From positions 930,001 through 994,000 of the forward strand of contig JAQGDQ010000020.1 in NCBI GenBank assembly GCA_030141605.1: a stretch of 64,000 nt of DNA, given 5' to 3'. A model generated the notes under the pieces. The model worked only from the letters and a program-made list of their open reading frames with translations, ran no database searches and was not told the origin of the DNA. Shown in pieces: positions 24,100 through 42,468 of the stretch. The position numbers and the translations under genes were made by a program. Each line of letters begins with the position of its first letter. Position 1 is the first letter of the stretch. This stretch comes from Tubiluchus corallicola (taxonomy: Eukaryota; Animalia; Priapulida).

Positions 24100-25547
24100 T
24101 TTTCCGCTCAATGAGACTCACTTGCAAAATCACTCGATGAAATTTCCTCCACAGTCACAGTAAATAATAACTGCTAGAGGAGAACTTTGCAAAAAAATTT
24201 ACATGCAGGAAAAAACTCAAGTTATTGCATAATACACAAGAAAAACTTTGCCTTTACATATTTTTGATATATATATATATATATATATATACATACTGTT
24301 GATGTAGGCCTATTTTGCCAGAAATTTGACAATTTGACCTATCAAGGCAATAAATATACTCCATATTTATGTAGCTTGGTCATAGATTACAGTGTAAAGT
24401 ATGTTACTTCAGCTATTTCGATATAAATAATGTCTTCCTCGGGTGATAGCTAAACTATAATAAGATCAAATTTCTTGTAGGCAGACCTCTAAAAACATAA
24501 TTTTTTTAAAATGTTGAAAATGAGTTAAGATTATTTAAAAAACAAAGAAACAATCTTTCAAAAAAATTGCGCTAATTCATGAAATAAGAGAATACTTAAC
24601 AGATTAACAAAAAAATTTAAAAACCAAAGTATGAAAAGTACAGCAATGATCTGTTAAAAATAGTCCAGTTCATTTATTGAGACTAGTTACTACATAAGAA
24701 AAAAGAAATAACCAAAAACAGCAATTCATCAAACTTGAACCTCTACGGTTTGCAATATATATATATATATGCTAGCACAGGTAGGAAGTGCTTACGGAGA
24801 GTTGCTTACTTAAATGATTTAATTTTGCAATGTTTCATTTCAGTCACATTTCGTAATTGGAAACAAATCGCACCTTGACGTACATTATTTACACTAGTGC
24901 TGTTAATTGCCCTTCTTAAAACTTTCTTAAGAACATAATTGGATTTTGGCTTACCCAACAAAACACTATCCTTAGGCTTGAGACAGGAATAACTTAAATA
25001 GTAATAATACTATAGTAAAGACGTGTACATCATGAAAGTCCTATCCCATTTACTGTAGACATTGAGGCATAACCATTTATTAGAGTATTGCACCCGCTCT
25101 TATCTGCAGCCAACAACGTAAGTTCTATTGCTCCTAAAGCTAGGTTGGTTAAAGTTGTCGACCACCTAAAAAGCATATACACTCACGTTTTCTAAAAAAA
25201 CTGTTCATAACCAGCAATACACAAAATCTTCGCATAAAAGTCATTATTGCATTGAATGATGCCGTGAGCCAGTGACTCTACGGTCAACGTGTGTGGGCAT
25301 GGACGTCGGCTGGTTGTTGTCCGGGTTACCACAACATTATATTAAACTTTTATGATTCTTTTTCATTTAATATTCGAACAATGAAATTTAAACATTTTGA
25401 AGAATTCATTAGCTTGGTCTGTTGACATAACTGAGGAAAATTAGCTAAGTCCGTGAGTGTAAACCTTAGTCCTGGGCACTCACATTTTTACGTAGTTTCA
25501 TGCCAGAAGACAAAAGGCCTGTTGTTTTTAATTAATTCACTTAATAC

Positions 25548-25650
25548 TGACGATGATGATAATGATGACAATGTTTACGACGATAATGATGAAGACTATG
25601 ATGATGATGGTGGTCGTGGTGGTGGTGGTGGTGGTGCTGGCAGTGGTGGT
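25548..25650. repeat. (GAT)n/(GGT)n degenerate trinucleotide repeat
   Basis: Directly visible. Confidence 0.85.
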
Positions 25651-26449
25651 ACTGGTCAGTGTCACCAGTGTGGTAATGAGTAGTTACAATGATCAGTTTC
25701 TTTACCAATTGAGAAATTTTTAATTTTCTTTGAGCTTGAAAGTGATCGCAAAAATCACTTTGCAAAATGGTTTCACCATCTTTATTTAACATAATTTTGC
25801 ATATCTTTGCTATCACTACCATATCTCACATATTTAGTTCTTTCAAGGAGGAATCATGAATAGAAATAATTGTGAGTTTCATATATCATTTAATTAATCC
25901 ATTGTTACTCTCTTGACTTCTCTCAGTTTTATTCAAAAGGCATTTTTCTTGTCTCTTGTCTTCAGAGCCGGTGTAAATTGCACAAGGCCAGCGAGGGCTC
26001 AGAAGTTAAATGACCTGGACCCATTTTCTTCTAAATCTGGCTCTGCTACTTGCCAAAATATTTATGCACAATCATAGTCATGATGATGCAGTGCAGTTAT
26101 GGTCGACAAGCCTTGATTCTTAAGATTTCACAGCAAAAAAATTTCTGAAGCAGCTTAACATTATGAAATCATAATAGATTCACTGCTCAGTAATCTACAC
26201 TGGCTATCACTATGGCAGCAGTTCTCCTCTATCGTAGACTACCGAATTCTGTCAATTTTTTCGATTTTATGTTTTACATCCTCGAAACATACTGTCAACC
26301 GTGAAACATGACACGCGACAAGGAAAGGAAACCATTAATTTAACTGGTGGCTATAGAAATTACACTATTCTATTGTATGGTGATTATGCATAAAATGTAT
26401 AGAAATGTAATTACAAATGTGATTACAGTAGCCTCCACACAACCTAAGA

Positions 26450-28050
26450 GAGCCAGAAGAATTGTGTTTTTTAATTAATTTAACTGACAAAATAAAAATA
26501 GTTTCTTAGGGCCAACAATGACAGAAGAAAAGTGGAGAGCCAAAAATTCTACATTTAACACACTCTACCCACAACCTAATGCAGACATTATTACACTAAA
26601 TTTCTAGTTATAAACCCAATCTCTGTCTAACATTCATCACTTTCTGTATCCTGCTATTGATCATTACCAATTTTTCATTTCAAATGCTTTTAAATCTAAT
26701 TCCACATCTTCTTCTCCCAATATATTTATAGCTTTCTCACATGTTAGTAAATGTTGTGTTGTTTCATAATTTTATGAATTTTTCACAAAGGACATTTTGG
26801 GTCATCCTTAAACTAATTTTTGAAATTTGTTTTCACTTATCCCTATCTCTCCCTATTTATATCTATTTCATACAACTCACGCTATTTCTTTTATGTTTCA
26901 GTCCAACTCCCAGGAATCTTCTTTTCCAACATTGCTGAAAATACTTTCTTTACATTTCTTTCTTCCTCAGAGAGCCACAACACTCACAGTAACATTAATT
27001 CCTTATAATGTATTCTTTGTCTAATGGGCCAAAAACTTAATAAACCTCAAAAACTTGTTGAACTCATTTGGTTTAAGGTTGCACATGCTATATCTTTCTG
27101 CCATCTTTCTGTTTCGTCCCAGTGTGCTTTATTTTCTTGGCCCCAGGCTTCAGTGTTATGTATTAATGATGGTATCACAACTGATTAAAAAAAAGAATTT
27201 TTATTCTCATACACTCTGTACCAACTTTTTTTCATTACTCAATTACATCAATTCTCTCTTCATATACGACACTTTTTTCCTCTTTTACTTATGCTCAAAG
27301 AGTGGCCTCTCTTTTCTGTAACATAGCTTCCTAAATATTTATATGGCAAGTTTTTTCAAGAAAACTATTTTGTACAAACAAACTTTTTTTTCATTTTGCG
27401 TGTCTGTTTGACTTTGTTCACTGTCATGCATTGTGATTCTGATTTACTAAAATTAATGTCATTTTTGTTAATTCTTCTAGCCTTGTACAGGTTGACACAG
27501 CCTGACAAATGCTATTATCATCAATTAGTCCCAATATTATGTCATCGACATATATTCTAAGGGTTACACCAACTTCACTATTAAATAGTGTTCCTTGTCA
27601 GACTAATTAACTTATCAACTTGAAATTTATCCTTTACTCTCGCTGGTGTATCAACTATTATATCTACACGCTTTTGACAATATGATGATAATTTTATACT
27701 TTTCTTGTAATACTATGGTCCACAGATCTGCTAGACATTCTTCTAATCATAATGTTTGATTTCACAGTTATACTCATCCATTTTTCCACTATATTTTCTC
27801 TGAACTTTATTCAGCATCATTTTTACACTTTGTAATAAATCACTGCCTGCAAACTTCAGCATCTCATTTTCCTAGCCTTGATTTTTGATTAGTTTAGATG
27901 ACTGTTTTACTATCATTCCAATTTCTTCAACCGTAATCGTTTCTATAACTACCTTTTTAAGTCTGTTGATCATTTCAAAATCTGCATAGTGATTTATGAT
28001 CAACTTTTCTTATGAATAACTCTAGGTCTACTCTTAATATTCTTAAATAA
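26450..28050 (-). mobile_element. Decayed LINE reverse transcriptase remnant
   Basis: Minus-strand translation fragments ITVEEIGMIVKQ...G*ENEMLKFAGSDLLQSVKMMLN (~27810-27945) and *QGTLF...IYVDDI (~27538-27600), with stops and deletions. Boundaries are approximate. Confidence 0.6.
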
Positions 28051-28698
28051 AAAATCCTATTTGATGAGCTATCTTAAGATTCAGCCACTAATAACCTAAC
28101 ACAGAAAGAAACGAATCATCACTGAAATTTCACAAAAGACTTAAAGAAATAGACATAAAATCAGAATATTTTATCTAATCAATTAAGTGCCACGTCATTT
28201 GCCACCGCCATAACCGCAACTTTTCCAGCCAGAAACATGGTTCCCGAGCGTGTTGGCCCTGTAGTTGAGAAAAGCAAATCTAGGAATTGAACACACTTGG
28301 CTGCTTGCCAACTAACATCAAGCTCATATTGCTGAAGATCACTTATCTTGAATTTTTTGTCCTTGCTTGGAGATTTTCGGTGAAATTTTTAAGATACTTT
28401 AAGTGAAATGTGGTAATGAGTCAGCAAAATGCGTTATTGTTAATAACGACACTGGTGCTGTAAAGCTGGCAGTGCAGATTTTGGTACGTCCATGTCCATG
28501 TTATATTAAAAATTAAAATGTTTTGTTAATTATTCAATCATTTTTTGTTAATAATAAAAAATATTATATTGCCTCTCACAATCAGTCAAGATTTATAGCC
28601 CCCATTAGTGTCGTGGATACGCTCGATCCTCTTCACCACCAGTTGATGTGGTGAGCAAACACATCAATAAAAAAGTGTGTTTGCGAGATCAACAACAA

Positions 28699-30436
28699 CA
28701 TAGACATAGACATAGACATAGAACATTTATTTTCTCCATTTGTTTGACATGACAAGTTTTTTTAAATATTACTTAATTATAGTAGTGGAGCAGGGCAGGG
28801 AAGGACCATAGGGTCATCTAGTCTCCTGCCCTGTCTTATAATTACATTAGTATATTAAAAGTAAATGGTGAGACTGCGGATAACAAAATCAAATAGGAAA
28901 GAAATAATAATATTAAACAGTATAAATGAAAACAGTATAAGTGAAAACAAAAAATAATAAAGTTAGATGACACCTAAATCTAAACAAAACAATACAATTA
29001 ATACAAGTAATTATGATTATTACATATATTTTCAAATAGGGGCCTTATTGACAGGGGATTTTGACTGTATGGAGAGATAAAATAAGTATCAAAAAAGTGT
29101 AATATAGAAAATTTAAGAGAAAAAGTTAGTATAAGAAAGAGCAACAATTACTTAGGAGATGAGAAAAAAAACACTTGATAGCTTGCTTATTAGTCTTACA
29201 AGTTATGTATTACAGGTATATTCATTTAGTAAGAATTTTGTGTATTTTTTGGAAGCAGAAAATAAGCTACCTCCAAAGGTATCTTTTGGCAACGAGTTCC
29301 ATAATTTAACTCCTCGTGATTTTAAGCTATTGAAACCATGTCGGGTAAAAAATCTCTCCACAAAATACTGTTCATTAGAAGCAGCTCTTGTGGAGTAGGA
29401 ATGTATATCAGAAACATTAGTGAAATATTCACTAAAAAGTTCGGGTAATAAACCAGCATTGAATTTATACATAAATTTGAACAACTCAAGATTGTAAATA
29501 TCTCTTACTTTTAAAATTTCTAATTTTACGAACGATGGTGTAGCATTTACTATTTTGTTTTGTTGTGTCTGTATTAATTTTTGAATTGATGCAAAAGCCG
29601 TACCCCATGTTAAGATGGAATATTGTAAATAAGGGAAAACTAACGAATTATATAGAAGTTTCAGAATATATTGGTCAACGTAGTGCCTTACTTTTAAAAT
29701 TATTCCAGTAATTCGACTTAATTTGTATGTTATGTGTTTTATATGTGGTTCCCATGTTAATTTATTATCAATGAGTAGGCCCAAGTATTTGATGTTGTCT
29801 GTTTCTTCAATTTTGTGTTTGTTTATTATAATATGAAATTTTGGATTATTAGCATTGTTAATTTGCTTATTGTTGATTATCATAAATTTGGTTTTTTTGT
29901 AGTTAATTGATAGCTGGTTTGCCCTCATCCACAGGTCTATTTTTTTCATTTCGTCATTAACAGATTTTTGCAAATTATTTATATTGGAGTCAGACATGAA
30001 CAAATTAGTGTCATCGGCAAATATTCGGGTTCGAAAGTTGCTGCATGTGGGAAGATCGTTAATATAAATTAAGAATAGAAGAGGTCCTAAATTAGAGCCT
30101 TGTGGCACTCCACACGATATGTGTTTATAGTCTGATGATACATTGTTAATAGATATGAATTGTTTTCTGTTAGTTAGATATGACTGAATTAGTTGCAAAG
30201 GTAGACCTCTGATGCCATAATGGTTTAATTTGGCTATTAGTATACTATGCTGTACGGTATCAAAAGCTTTTGATAAGTCTAAAAATATTCCGCAATTCAG
30301 TAATTTTTTGTCAGTGTCTAGAGAGATCGTGTCTATTAATTCGGATACAGCAAGGGCAGTTGAATAATTTTTTCTGAAACCAAACTGGTATTTACTTAGG
30401 ATATTACTTTTCACAACAAACTGGTATAATCTAACG
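28699..30436 (-). mobile_element. 5'-truncated CR1/L2-group non-LTR retrotransposon with 3' UTR and (CTATGT)n tail
   Basis: Contains the RT ORF 29203-30462, a 3' stem CAGGGCAGG/CCTGCCCTG (28791-28833), AATAAA on the minus strand (28726-28731), and a tandem tail at 28699-28721. Confidence 0.88.
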
Positions 30437-30462
30437 GTCAACTTGTTTACGAATCGCACCAA
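29203..30462 (-). CDS. LINE ORF2 reverse transcriptase, 5'-truncated (no endonuclease, no genuine start)
   Basis: Motifs QFGFRKNYST, FLDLSKAFDTV, GVPQGSNLGPLLFLIYINDL, FADDT and KYLG. The first ~9 codons come from flanking DNA. Confidence 0.85.
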   Translation of the reverse strand: MVRFVNKLTVRLYQFVVKSNILSKYQFGFRKNYSTALAVSELIDTISLDTDKKLLNCGIFLDLSKAFDTVQHSILIAKLNHYGIRGLPLQLIQSYLTNRKQFISINNVSSDYKHISCGVPQGSNLGPLLFLIYINDLPTCSNFRTRIFADDTNLFMSDSNINNLQKSVNDEMKKIDLWMRANQLSINYKKTKFMIINNKQINNANNPKFHIIINKHKIEETDNIKYLGLLIDNKLTWEPHIKHITYKLSRITGIILKVRHYVDQYILKLLYNSLVFPYLQYSILTWGTAFASIQKLIQTQQNKIVNATPSFVKLEILKVRDIYNLELFKFMYKFNAGLLPELFSEYFTNVSDIHSYSTRAASNEQYFVERFFTRHGFNSLKSRGVKLWNSLPKDTFGGSLFSASKKYTKFLLNEYTCNT

Positions 30463-32952
30463 AAAATATCTTCTACGTCAACTTGCCGTCACTGTTCACT
30501 CGTCTTTAATTATATTTCTGATTTCAACAGCTCGTTAACATACTTCCTAGTCAATAGTTCAATTTAATTTAATTCACTTTTTTAATTTTTCTATGCTCCA
30601 TTCACTTATATCTTGCACAGATAGGCCCATCTTGTTGATATAAACAGCTTTAGTTTACCTTCAGAATGATGTTCAGTACAGTAGTATCCTTTGCTACCTG
30701 ACTTAAAGAACATTTCAGATCCCCTTTATACAGATTTTTAAAATTTGCTTTATCTGCTTAATATATCAGCTCAATTTATCTGCTTAAATTTTGCTTTGTT
30801 AATGAAATATCAAAAAGTCCATAGTTTGTGGTTCTCATCTTGGATTGTTTACGAAGCTTTCGGTTTATGGATTGCTGATCTGTGTGACTGTGTGAACTCT
30901 GTAAAAATAGTTTGTATGCTCTGATAGGATGTATATTTTTAATTTTGTGACAGAGTGCAATGCAGCAATAGGGAAATACAATGCATAATAAGTTAATATG
31001 ATAAAGCTGGGTAAATTCTTTTTAATTCTAGTCTTGCACTATTCTATTTCATGTTCCTCATTTTCTTGATTAATGAAATCTAATGTGTAGCTCTTATAGC
31101 TCTTGTTAGTGCATTTTCTATTTTAAATGTGAGATCTTTAGTGAATTTTAACATCTTGGCAGTGAAAGGAATATTGACGCAATAAACTGCAAAAATTATA
31201 ATAAAATTCATGCCATGAATTAAAGATACTTTAAAGTAAAAGTCACCTAGTTTGTCTTTCAGAAGTCAAGAGCCTACTTATGTGAAGTCATGGCAAATAG
31301 AAATGCTTATTCTTGTTTCTAATTGAGTGTTTGAACTCTTCAGCACAAATAGAACAAGCATCAACACTGTGCAGTGGTTTGTTATGTAAAACGTATAGAC
31401 TTCAAAATTTTCCCCAGTATTCCAAATCATTTAACAATGAAACAATGAAGTATTGCATTGCATGTCGTTTGCATATGTCAGCTTTTATTAATTGTTGTCA
31501 TTATGCATAGAAGTATTTTGAATTTTGCAACTAGATGGATTGGCCACACAAAAATTCATTGCTTTGAGCAGCAGTTTTTCAAGTGCGGAAAATCAAAGCA
31601 AAGCTGAGCCTTCAGAGGCAATTTTCCCATCTGGACCCTAAGTTTAGTGGCAACAGAGATAAGTCAAAAGTGAAATGCCAATATAGTTTTGTCACAAGAC
31701 AGAGAGGAAAGAAGTTATAAATTAATAAGAAAACAAACATGGTAAATGAGTGGTAGTTATCAGCTACCTACAAAAATCTTTGGCCAGCAGGCAGCTAGTT
31801 TGCAGATTAAGTTCTCGGACTGCTTGTCCTAGCAAGTAGTGAAGCTCTACTGTTGTCAGTACTCTTTTCTATGTTCATTGTGTGCTATTTTGCTTTTTTG
31901 CGCTCTTGTGCCTAAATAAATAATATAATATAGTATTTAATGGTCAAAGAGTTGTTCTGAATAGATTTAGAGATTTTTAGATTTGGATAACAAACTTTTA
32001 TTATTGTTGACAAAAAATTGTAATAAAAATGAGCAATAAAACGAGTGAAAAGTGTCTTAAGAGTGCTCCCATAGGGCTCCAAAATGCCTTCAAATGCAGA
32101 ACCCTTCAAGGAGGACCAATGGGGAACCGGGTCAGCAACATTGTGTATTGTGTCATTATTATCACAATATCAGTACGTTGTTTTAAAATTTTACAGTTCA
32201 AGCTCTGGATTGACGTGAACGTTAACATACATGATTGTGTTATGGTATGAGTATGCATGTCCGCTGTAATGAAATTAGTAAATGAAACCACATTGTAAGC
32301 CCGGAATGGCAAACTGTAAGGTGCCATGTGATTATCAGTAGTTTTTGCTCATGCTGATAAATTGGCAACCATTCTGGATGTTAGGCCTGATATTTTTTAT
32401 GGTTTAATTTTTATTTACCAAAGTACAGTTTTACAATTTTATATAGGTGTTAAAAGTAAACGTGATTTTTCTGTGTAGGTCTCGGAGATTGTTGCAGATT
32501 ATAGTAGATATCAATATCTGTCCATCAATTGGGAAAATCATCATTTCATCATGATAAATTTATTCATTTATACCATTTATTTGTACTCATGAAGTACAGT
32601 CAGTACATCAGTAGAAAATAACAATAGATCCTAAATAATAAATAAAAAGATAAAAAGGAAAATAATACAAATTATAATGTAAATTATTTCGTCACTATTA
32701 CTGTTAGTACAACATAAATTAATATCACTATATTTGCAAAAATTAACTTTAAGTTATTTAAATTTGCAATTTTTTCGAGTGTGTAGTTTAGTACCTAGTA
32801 AAGTTGTAAGCTCTGCCTATTTCTGTAGTTTCCTATAAATAGATAAGTGAAACTGGATACATTTTTTTGGTCAAGATATTACTTTTAATACATTTGTTAT
32901 CCACAACCTCAATTTTCTTACTCTTTTTGTTGGTTTCCATTTCCAAGGTGGT

Positions 32953-39957
<7,005 letters not shown>

Positions 39958-40242
39958 GTAACAGAACTACTGATGTCACACAAGTCTAAAATAACAGTGT
40001 CTAAAATGAATGGATTTGATTCATAAATCCAAGTTTTTCTAAATGATGTCAAATTTGCCTGCATATTAAGCGGTTGCTATGTGATGAAATTAAGTGTCTT
40101 TTAAGGTAATTAAAGCACAAGAAAATGCCCTTCATAAATAAAGCTTAAAAATTTGTATTGAAATTTTATGCCACTTTTACTTTGTCTTAATGCACACAGA
40201 GCTTGAAAAAGCAGTAACGCTGTATAAACCTCGTGAATTTAA

Positions 40243-41891
40243 ACTCCCGCTATGACCGTTAGGTGCAGCCATTTTGACGGTAAGCCGCTTAAAACAAGTT
40301 TAGATAACGTTGTGCGAAGTTTGAAAAAATAATCAGAGCATTAGTAGCACACTCTTCTCTAATCAAGCAAATGTTTAAACTACTTTCAGTAAGATTAATA
40401 ATATGTTTTTTCGTCAGTCAGTGGGGGTGGTGATGCAATGCCATTTTACCATGTGGCACGAATACTGGAAATTATTAAGAATTTTCTTTTCTAATTGCCA
40501 TAAGTCTTTCAAATAATCTTTCGAAGAGTAATGCCAAGTGATGTAACTTTGTATGGAAAGTTATTTGGGACATACTTTAAAATTCCCTTTTCTTCCCCTT
40601 TTAAAATGCATACATGTTACGCTTTTTAAAAATAGTATGTATAAATCGTGTTTTTAATTGTTTGAATGGATCAGGGTATTTTGAAAGCAATATTGAAATG
40701 ACCAAGTACAGAGTTTCCTCACTTATCGCGGGTGTTCCATTCCAGGCCCACCTGAGATAAGTGAATTTCTGCGAAGTAGGGACGCTATACTTATTTTAGT
40801 AGTTATACATTATTTTAAGTCATTATAAGTCTCCATCAATCAACCAATCGTATGTTGTGTACAATCTCACATCGGCAAGTAGCATCTCAAGCAGGCGCAA
40901 GTACTACATTTCGTTTTTGGTGTGTATTCATCCGCCGAATAAATACACTATTTACTGCAAATCTATACATGATTGTACAATACGTACTACGCATGTGCAA
41001 AAATACTTTAGACGGAGTACCACAAAAACTCTGCGAAACATTGAAGATACAGCGATAAATATTTTACATTAATATTTTTGAAAACCCGCGAAACAGCGAG
41101 TCCGCAATAAACGAACTGCGAAGTAGCGAGGGAACACTGTACCATATAATTGTCTGTGAACATTTAGGTATAGAAAACTAATTAGTGAGCATGATTGGAT
41201 ACGTATGAAATTATTAAATTTTATTGTTACTTTTTATACATTTTGACACTCAATGGCAGGGCTATTGCTAATCTTAACCTTTTAATCAGAAGGCGGGACA
41301 CTGTCGCCTAAGTTTTTTGGGTAAGGGATAGAAAGCGTTAGACTGCCACCCAAGCTCAGCACTAAGCGCAGTCACTCGGGTCTGTTTGTTTTACTACTAC
41401 AGCCATTTGGTAGAAAAGTCCTGGGATTGGGGTTGCTTCGCAACAAGTAACACTACACAGAACAAAACTGATATGCAGTTTGGTAGACAGAACAAAACTG
41501 ACTAACATACCGTAGGAATTAGTAAGTACTCTAGTACAAAGTTGAGACCTTTATAATTAGATGTAGATACCTATGTTTTAACAATGACAGTACGTCAAAT
41601 GCAAAATGTTAAATTAACGTTTACTGAATCCTCTTGAAGGTATTGTAAATTCCTGCATTAAATCAAAAATAGTTTTATTTTGGTCAAGATTGAAAAGTGA
41701 GTTACCATGTAGTAAAGTGTCAATTTTAGTTTTGATATTTAATTCACTAATATTAACCGGGAGAAAATTTGAATTATACAGGTTAAATTTATAGCGAAAA
41801 GTTTACAACACTCTGATTATTTTTTCAAACTGTAACTTGTTTCAAATGACTTATTGTCAAAATGGCTGCGTCTAACGGCCATTACGGGACT
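40243..41891. mobile_element. Non-autonomous DNA transposon with ~60-bp imperfect TIRs and TTAA flanks (Kolobok-like)
   Basis: TTAA|ACTCCCGCTATGACCGTTAGGTGCAGCCATTTTGAC... is inverted relative to ...GTCAAAATGGCTGCGTCTAACGGCCATTACGGGACT|TTAA. Confidence 0.7.
40709..41139. mobile_element. Tc1/mariner (pogo/Tigger-like) MITE nested in the Kolobok-like element
   Basis: TA|CAGAGTTTCCTCACTTATCGCG ... GCGAAGTAGCGAGGGAACACTG|TA, i.e. TIRs with a TA target-site duplication. Confidence 0.75.
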
Positions 41892-41992
41892 TTAAGTTTA
41901 CAACTCTGCAATTGATGGCATATGGTATGCTACTAGTTCCACGTATATCCAGTCGACATAAGCATGCTTATGGCGCAACTCAACATAACTCT

Positions 41993-42101
41993 GGGCCCGG
42001 TTTCACAAAGCCGTCACTAACTTAACGATGTCGTTATTAATAGTTAAGTGAATGTAATAACGATGTCGCTAACTTAGTGACAGCTTTGTGAAAATGGCCC
42101 C
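41993..42101. mobile_element. Short palindromic MITE (PIF/Harbinger-like termini)
   Basis: GGGCCCGGTTTCACAAAGCCGTCACTAA is inverted relative to TTAGTGACAGCTTTGTGAAAATGGCCCC. Confidence 0.7.
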
Positions 42102-42468
42102 CATTCAAGCGAACTACTCGGGGTAATCCACCTAATCGAGCACCGCAAACTGAGCATTGTTCGCCTATGATTGTGGTCTGGTCAAAGGTGTTTTCATTCC
42201 ATACGCTCATTTGTCATCTACCTGAGTAGTGTTGCGACATGCGGGAACTCGTATCTTCCTAGTTGCTAGAAATCAGTCGACTTGCGCATGTGTCTATGAC
42301 TGTTTCCTGTCATTTTAGGCGAGTTGCATCACGTCTCAAGTTGACCTAAGCTTGGCTTAACCTACAACACTACTGTCTTCTAAATTTTCTAGCAGATGAT
42401 GTTCATATGTTCATATAAAGTCATGTGAACTGAGATGAAAAATTAATACAGCTCGTTTCACATTTCAG

